This document shows positions 59,615 through 64,000 of a DNA stretch of 64,000 nucleotides, piece after piece (position 1 is the stretch's first letter; each line of letters starts with the position of its first letter). Both the position numbers and the translations under genes were made by a program. The notes beneath the pieces are model-generated. The model did not search any database. It worked only from the letters and a program-made list of their open reading frames with translations, and had not been told where the DNA came from. Source of the stretch: Alphaproteobacteria bacterium (GTDB lineage Bacteria; Pseudomonadota; Alphaproteobacteria; GCA-2731375); NCBI GenBank assembly GCA_965232515.1, contig CBDDPY010000002.1:2144001-2208000 (forward strand), given 5' to 3'.

Positions 59615-61546
59615 CTAGAGCGTCAGACCGATGGCGTTGCCGCCGTGGATCGCGGCCATCAGGTCGCGCGGCGACTGGCTATCGCCGACCAGATGCACCT
59701 CGAGACCAGCGAGCGCGGCCGACAATGGCTCGTCGACGACGCGCGGCGTCGCGTAGACCAGCAGATCGACGTCCGCAATCGAGTCTTCACGTTGCGTGAA
59801 GACGTTAACATAACGCACTGTTTTATCTTTGAATTCGATCGGCTCCGCAGCCAGAATCTGTTCGACGCCGTTGCCATAGAGACGGCGATGCACGCCGATG
59901 GCGCTGCAGTAGTTCACGCGCTGGGCCAGTTGCGGGCGCGGGCTCATCAGGATGACGCGGTCGAAGTCCTGGGCCAGCAGGTCGGCGGTGGCGTAGGTGG
60001 CGGCGCTGTGGTCCTGGTCGAACAGCAGCGCTGTGTCGCCGCCATGCTGGCCGGAGACATACGCCCGCGCCGAGACGACAGGTGCGCTGTCGGGCGACAG
60101 CGTCGCGGGAAAACGCAGATCGGATCCCGTGGCGATGACGACGGCGTCGGGCTGCAGGGCCTTGATGTCATCCGGCGTCGCGCGTTTGCCGAGCCGGAAG
60201 GCGACCTGATGCCGCTCGGCGAGGTGCTGCTGGTGCCGGTAGACATTGGCCATGTCGGCGCGGCCGGGCAGCGCCGCTTCGAAACGCAGCCGGCCGCCGA
60301 CCTCGTCCGAAGCGCCCAGCACGGTCACACGGTGCCCGCGCGCCGCCGCCACCCAAGCGGCTTCCAGGCCGCCGGGACCGGCACCGACGACGACCACGTT
60401 GCGCGGCCGGTCGGCGGGCGGCGGCATCCAGTCGGCCTCGCCGGCCTCGCCCAGATGCGGGTTGTGGAACTCGCGCAGCGGCTTGCCGGCATGCACCTCG
60501 CCCCAGCAGTAGTTGTCGAATACCGATGGCCGGATCTCGGCCGCCCGGCCGGCGCGCGCCTTGTTGGCGAAGGCCGCGTCGGCGATCTGCGCCCGGGTCA
60601 TGCCGACGAGATCGCCATAGCCCTCGGCCACGACCTTCTCGGCCAGCTCCGGCGTGCCGATGCGGCCGAGCGCCATCACGGGAACGCCGTCCGCCACCGG
60701 ACGCAGGCGCTTGTGCAGATCGATGAAATGGCCGGGCCGATAGTTGATATCAGGCACATGGTCTTCCAGGCTCAGGCTGAAGTTGCCCTGGGCGTAGGCG
60801 AAATAATCGAGCAGCCCCAACGGCGCCAGGTGCGCGGTGATGCGGGCCGCCTCTTCCACATCGATACCGCCATCGACGCCCTCTTGCGCCGGCATCTTCA
60901 GGCCGACGATGAAATCGTCGCCGCAGGCGCGGCGGATGCCGTCGGCGATCTCGCGCACGAACCGGGACCGGTTCTCCAGGCTGCCGCCATAGCCGTCGTC
61001 GCGCGTGTTCGACCAGGGCGACAGGAACTGGGTGATCAGATAGCCATGCGCACCGTGCAGTTCGACACCGTCGAGACCGTAGGACTGCAAACGCGCCGCG
61101 ACCGACACGTAAGCATCGACGACCTGGCCGATTTCGGCCGCTGTCATCACGTGCGGCACGGTCCAGCTATAGGCATCGGGCTGGTTGGAAACGCCCATGG
61201 GCGAAATCGTCGGGTGCCAAAGCTGCTGCCGGCCGGGATGCCAGAGCTGCGCCACCAGGCAGCCACCGGCCGCGCGTACGCCGTCGGCTGTGCGCCGGAA
61301 GCCGTCGGCGTTGGCGTCGTCGAAGCCGGTGACGATGGCGCCCTGAGCGATGGCGTTCGGGTCGACCGCGATCACTTCCGAGACGATCAGGGCGGCGCCG
61401 CCGCGGGCCCGTTCGACCAGGAAGTTGGTCCAGCGCTCGGTGATGCGGTTTGCGACGCCGTAGTTGGTCAGCGTCGCCGGCAGCGCGATGCGATTGCGCA
61501 GCGTCTTCCGGCCGACTCGGAGCTCCGAAAACAGATTAGCCCACAT
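59615..61546 (-). CDS. NADH:flavin oxidoreductase (OYE-like) with FAD/NAD-binding C-terminus
   Basis: LRNRI, AQLWHPGR, ELHGAHGYLITQFLSP..N.R.D.YGGS, VGAGPGG. Confidence 0.9.
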   Translation of the reverse strand: MWANLFSELRVGRKTLRNRIALPATLTNYGVANRITERWTNFLVERARGGAALIVSEVIAVDPNAIAQGAIVTGFDDANADGFRRTADGVRAAGGCLVAQLWHPGRQQLWHPTISPMGVSNQPDAYSWTVPHVMTAAEIGQVVDAYVSVAARLQSYGLDGVELHGAHGYLITQFLSPWSNTRDDGYGGSLENRSRFVREIADGIRRACGDDFIVGLKMPAQEGVDGGIDVEEAARITAHLAPLGLLDYFAYAQGNFSLSLEDHVPDINYRPGHFIDLHKRLRPVADGVPVMALGRIGTPELAEKVVAEGYGDLVGMTRAQIADAAFANKARAGRAAEIRPSVFDNYCWGEVHAGKPLREFHNPHLGEAGEADWMPPPADRPRNVVVVGAGPGGLEAAWVAAARGHRVTVLGASDEVGGRLRFEAALPGRADMANVYRHQQHLAERHQVAFRLGKRATPDDIKALQPDAVVIATGSDLRFPATLSPDSAPVVSARAYVSGQHGGDTALLFDQDHSAATYATADLLAQDFDRVILMSPRPQLAQRVNYCSAIGVHRRLYGNGVEQILAAEPIEFKDKTVRYVNVFTQREDSIADVDLLVYATPRVVDEPLSAALAGLEVHLVGDSQSPRDLMAAIHGGNAIGLTL

Positions 61547-61803
61547 TTCTCACCACCCTCACGGTCTGCGTCGCGCACAGGCGTCCGATCCGCCAGGAGC
61601 GGGCCGAAAAGCGTAGCGGGGACTACGGTTGAGGCTCGCGACGCCGCGGGCGGGCGCCTGCGCGCGACCCTTCGGGCGGCGTCGTACTGCCGACAGGGGG
61701 CGTCGCGCTGCTTGCCCGATGCCCCACATCGCGCCGCGCAGCGCTCCTGCCCTGTCGGCAGCACGACGCCGCGCAGACCATGAGGGTGGTGAGAAATGTG
61801 GGC
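61539..61803. mobile_element. MITE-like element with about 32-bp terminal inverted repeats and TA duplication
   Basis: GCCCACATTTCTCACCACCCTCACGGTCTGCG at left and its reverse complement (1 mismatch) at right; TA on both flanks; internal hairpins; no transposase. Confidence 0.8.
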
Positions 61804-61968
61804 TAAGATAGGCGCTCGACTCACCGGCCATCTGACGCTCCCGCTTAGTCTCGTTGGAAATTGCCGGTGTTGCCCGGACCTGATAATTTGTCCGGACAAA
61901 TTAGAATTGCCGCGATGGGGCGTCAAGGCGACCGCCGACGTCGACATCCCGATTGGAAGCAGAGTGCC

Positions 61969-62754
61969 ATGTCCGACGAACCGATCTATCTGAACCGCCG
62001 CGGCGACATCGCCGAGATGATCCTGAACCGGCCCGAGAAGCGCAATGCCATGAACCTGGGCGTCTGGCAGGCGATCCCGCGGCTGATCGGCGAGGTCGCG
62101 GCCGATCCCGCCATCAAGGTGCTGATCCTGCGCGGCGGCACGCCGGAAGCCTTTTCGGCCGGCGCCGATATCGGCGAGTTCAAGACCGTGCACGCGTCGG
62201 CCGATAGCGCCCGCGATTACCACGCCCAGGTCCACGACGCCTATGACGCCATTGCCAACCTCAACAAGCCGACCATCGCCATGGTCCAGGGCGTCTGTTA
62301 TGGCGGCGGCTGCGCGGTGGCGCTGAAATGCGACCTGCGCTACGGCGACCTGACGGCGAAGTTCTGCATTCCGCCGGCGACGCTCGGCCTTGCCTATTCG
62401 CTGCGCGAGACCAAGAGCCTGTCGGACCTGGTCGGCCCATCGAAGGCGAAGGAAATGCTGATGGGCGCGCGCGTCATCGAGGCGCAGGAGGCCGAGATCA
62501 TCGGCCTCGCCACCCGCATCTTCCCGGCCGACGACCTGGAGCGCGAGACCTTTGCCTTCGCCGAGCGCCTCTGCGGCCTGTCGCAATACTCGATCCGGGC
62601 GGTGAAGCAGAATGTCGGCGAGATCCTGGACGGCGCCACCGACGAGACCGACAACAGCCGCGCGCTCGCCATGGGCGCCTTCGAGAACCCGGACTATGTC
62701 GAAGGCCGCGACGCCTTCCTGCAAAAGCGCAAGGCGGCGTTTACGTATCGGTAG
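61969..62754 (+). CDS. Enoyl-CoA hydratase/isomerase family
   Basis: LNRPEKRNAM, FSAGADI, CYGGG, EGRDAFLQKR. Confidence 0.92.
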   Translation: MSDEPIYLNRRGDIAEMILNRPEKRNAMNLGVWQAIPRLIGEVAADPAIKVLILRGGTPEAFSAGADIGEFKTVHASADSARDYHAQVHDAYDAIANLNKPTIAMVQGVCYGGGCAVALKCDLRYGDLTAKFCIPPATLGLAYSLRETKSLSDLVGPSKAKEMLMGARVIEAQEAEIIGLATRIFPADDLERETFAFAERLCGLSQYSIRAVKQNVGEILDGATDETDNSRALAMGAFENPDYVEGRDAFLQKRKAAFTYR

Positions 62755-62806
62755 CAGACGACTTCACGCGCCATCTCGTCGCGGACAGGCCTCGCTCTGC
62801 TGCCCT

Positions 62807-62896
62807 GGATGCCCGCGTCAAGCGCGGGCATGACAAATTAAGCGTTGATTCTCATACACATTCGTCATTGCCGGGCTTGACCCGGCAATGACGAAT
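62807..62896. repeat. Pair of REP-like palindromes
   Basis: GGATGCCCGCG-TCAAG-CGCGGGCATGAC and GTCATTGCCGGG-CTTGA-CCCGGCAATGAC in opposite orientations between convergent genes. Confidence 0.75.
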
Positions 62897-62918
62897 CGCA
62901 AGCGTTCGTCGACTGTGC

Positions 62919-64000
62919 TCAGAAACCGTCCGCCGGCAGCCGTGGCAGGTGATAGCCACAGGCGGCTTCGAAAGCCACGGCGGCGCCGAGCACTTGCCGC
63001 TCGCTGAAGGGCGGGCCGATGAGTTGCAAGCCGAGGGGTAAACCGCTCTCCGAGACGCCGCAGGGCACGCTGACGGCGGGGCAGCCGGCGAAGTTGGCTG
63101 GCGCCGTCAGGTCGGCCTGATTGGCGGGTGCAGCTTGCTCGAACGGAAAGGCCGTTTGCGGCGTGGTCGGCGCGGCGATGACATCCACATCCTCGAAGGC
63201 TCGGCGAAGTGCGAAGCCGGCGTGCTGCACGGCGCGTTCGGCCTTGATCAGTCGGTCGCCCTTGACGTCCCGGCCATAGGCCAGCATTGACCGGAAGGTG
63301 TCCGAGAACGCAGCCGGATGATCGTTGAGGTCCTGTTCGTGGAACACGGCCGCCTCGGCCTCGCTGACCAGCAGGCCGGCGCGCCGCGCCACCGACGGGT
63401 CGTAGTCCGGCAACGTCAGCCGTTGCTCCTGCGCGCCCATGGATTCCAGTTGCGCCAGCGCCGCCTGGAATCCATGCAGCACGTCGGCCGAGATCTCGAC
63501 CGTGTCGAAGTTCGCGATCACGCCGACGCGGACATCGGCGAGATTATGCGGCGCCGGCGGCGCGTAGCTGCTGTCGTCGGGCGCCGCCACCGACTCCATG
63601 CTGCCGGGATCATGACCGGCCATGGCGTCGAGCATCAGGCCGAGATCGGCGACCGAGCGGCAAAGCGGGCCGACATGATCGAGCCGCCAGCTCAATGCCG
63701 CGACGCCGCGGGTGCTGACCAGGCCGAAGGTCGGCTTCAGGCCGGCGACGCCGCAATAGGCCGCCGGCAGCCGCACCGAGCCCATGGTGTCCGTGCCGAG
63801 CGCCGCGGCGCAGAGCCGCGCGGCGACGGCGGCGCCCGAACCGCCCGACGAGCCGCCCGGCGTGACGCCGCGGGCCCAGGGATTCTGCGTGCGGCCGTGA
63901 TGTTCGTTGTCGGTGGTGGCGCCGAGCGCACCCTCGTGCATGTTCAGCTTGCCGAGGATGACGGCGCCGGCGGCGCGCAGCCATTGAACCACCGGGGCGT
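62919..64000 (-). CDS. Amidase signature family protein (5' end beyond window)
   Basis: GKLNMHE, PGGSSGG, GTDTMGSVRLPAA. Confidence 0.9.
   Translation of the reverse strand, partial: APVVQWLRAAGAVILGKLNMHEGALGATTDNEHHGRTQNPWARGVTPGGSSGGSGAAVAARLCAAALGTDTMGSVRLPAAYCGVAGLKPTFGLVSTRGVAALSWRLDHVGPLCRSVADLGLMLDAMAGHDPGSMESVAAPDDSSYAPPAPHNLADVRVGVIANFDTVEISADVLHGFQAALAQLESMGAQEQRLTLPDYDPSVARRAGLLVSEAEAAVFHEQDLNDHPAAFSDTFRSMLAYGRDVKGDRLIKAERAVQHAGFALRRAFEDVDVIAAPTTPQTAFPFEQAAPANQADLTAPANFAGCPAVSVPCGVSESGLPLGLQLIGPPFSERQVLGAAVAFEAACGYHLPRLPADGF

Noticed and set aside
58727-61783. 1018-aa plus-strand ORF and similar long antisense ORFs (9000..11237, 24273..26291, 37088..39145)
   Set aside because: Antisense shadows of well-supported genes, caused by GC-rich codon bias.
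61559-61831. 90-aa ORF as an independent gene
   Set aside because: It is the original OYE N-terminus reading into the MITE.

Overview
GC-rich bacterial window whose gene content (Cpa/Tad pilus locus, CtrA-like boxes, TAXI-TRAP transporter, cytochrome c2, REP type) points to an alphaproteobacterium, probably Rhodospirillales-like (inference). About 60 protein genes: Mla/MCE lipid-transport genes in two blocks, TAXI-TRAP transporter with aminotransferase and RpiR regulator, GAF-HD-GYP and CHASE2 cyclase, DgcN/DgcA-like pair, a complete Flp/Tad pilus cluster with unusual architectures (tandem-doubled CpaB, TPR-SPOR TadD), a small sulfur-handling module, amidases, thiolase, sarcosine oxidase BDAG and an OYE flavoprotein. 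The standout is an approximately 870-nt intergenic segment (21265-22135) that folds on the minus strand into many UNCG-capped hairpins and nested long-range helices with G-U pairs. It has its own AT-rich upstream region with DnaA-box-like sites and is a candidate large structured ncRNA that I cannot assign to a known class. Second is a 265-bp MITE-like element inserted in the 5' end of the OYE gene that supplies a replacement SD and ATG. All calls are by eye from sequence and motifs; no searches or folding programs were run, and several start codons are my refinements of the ORF track.
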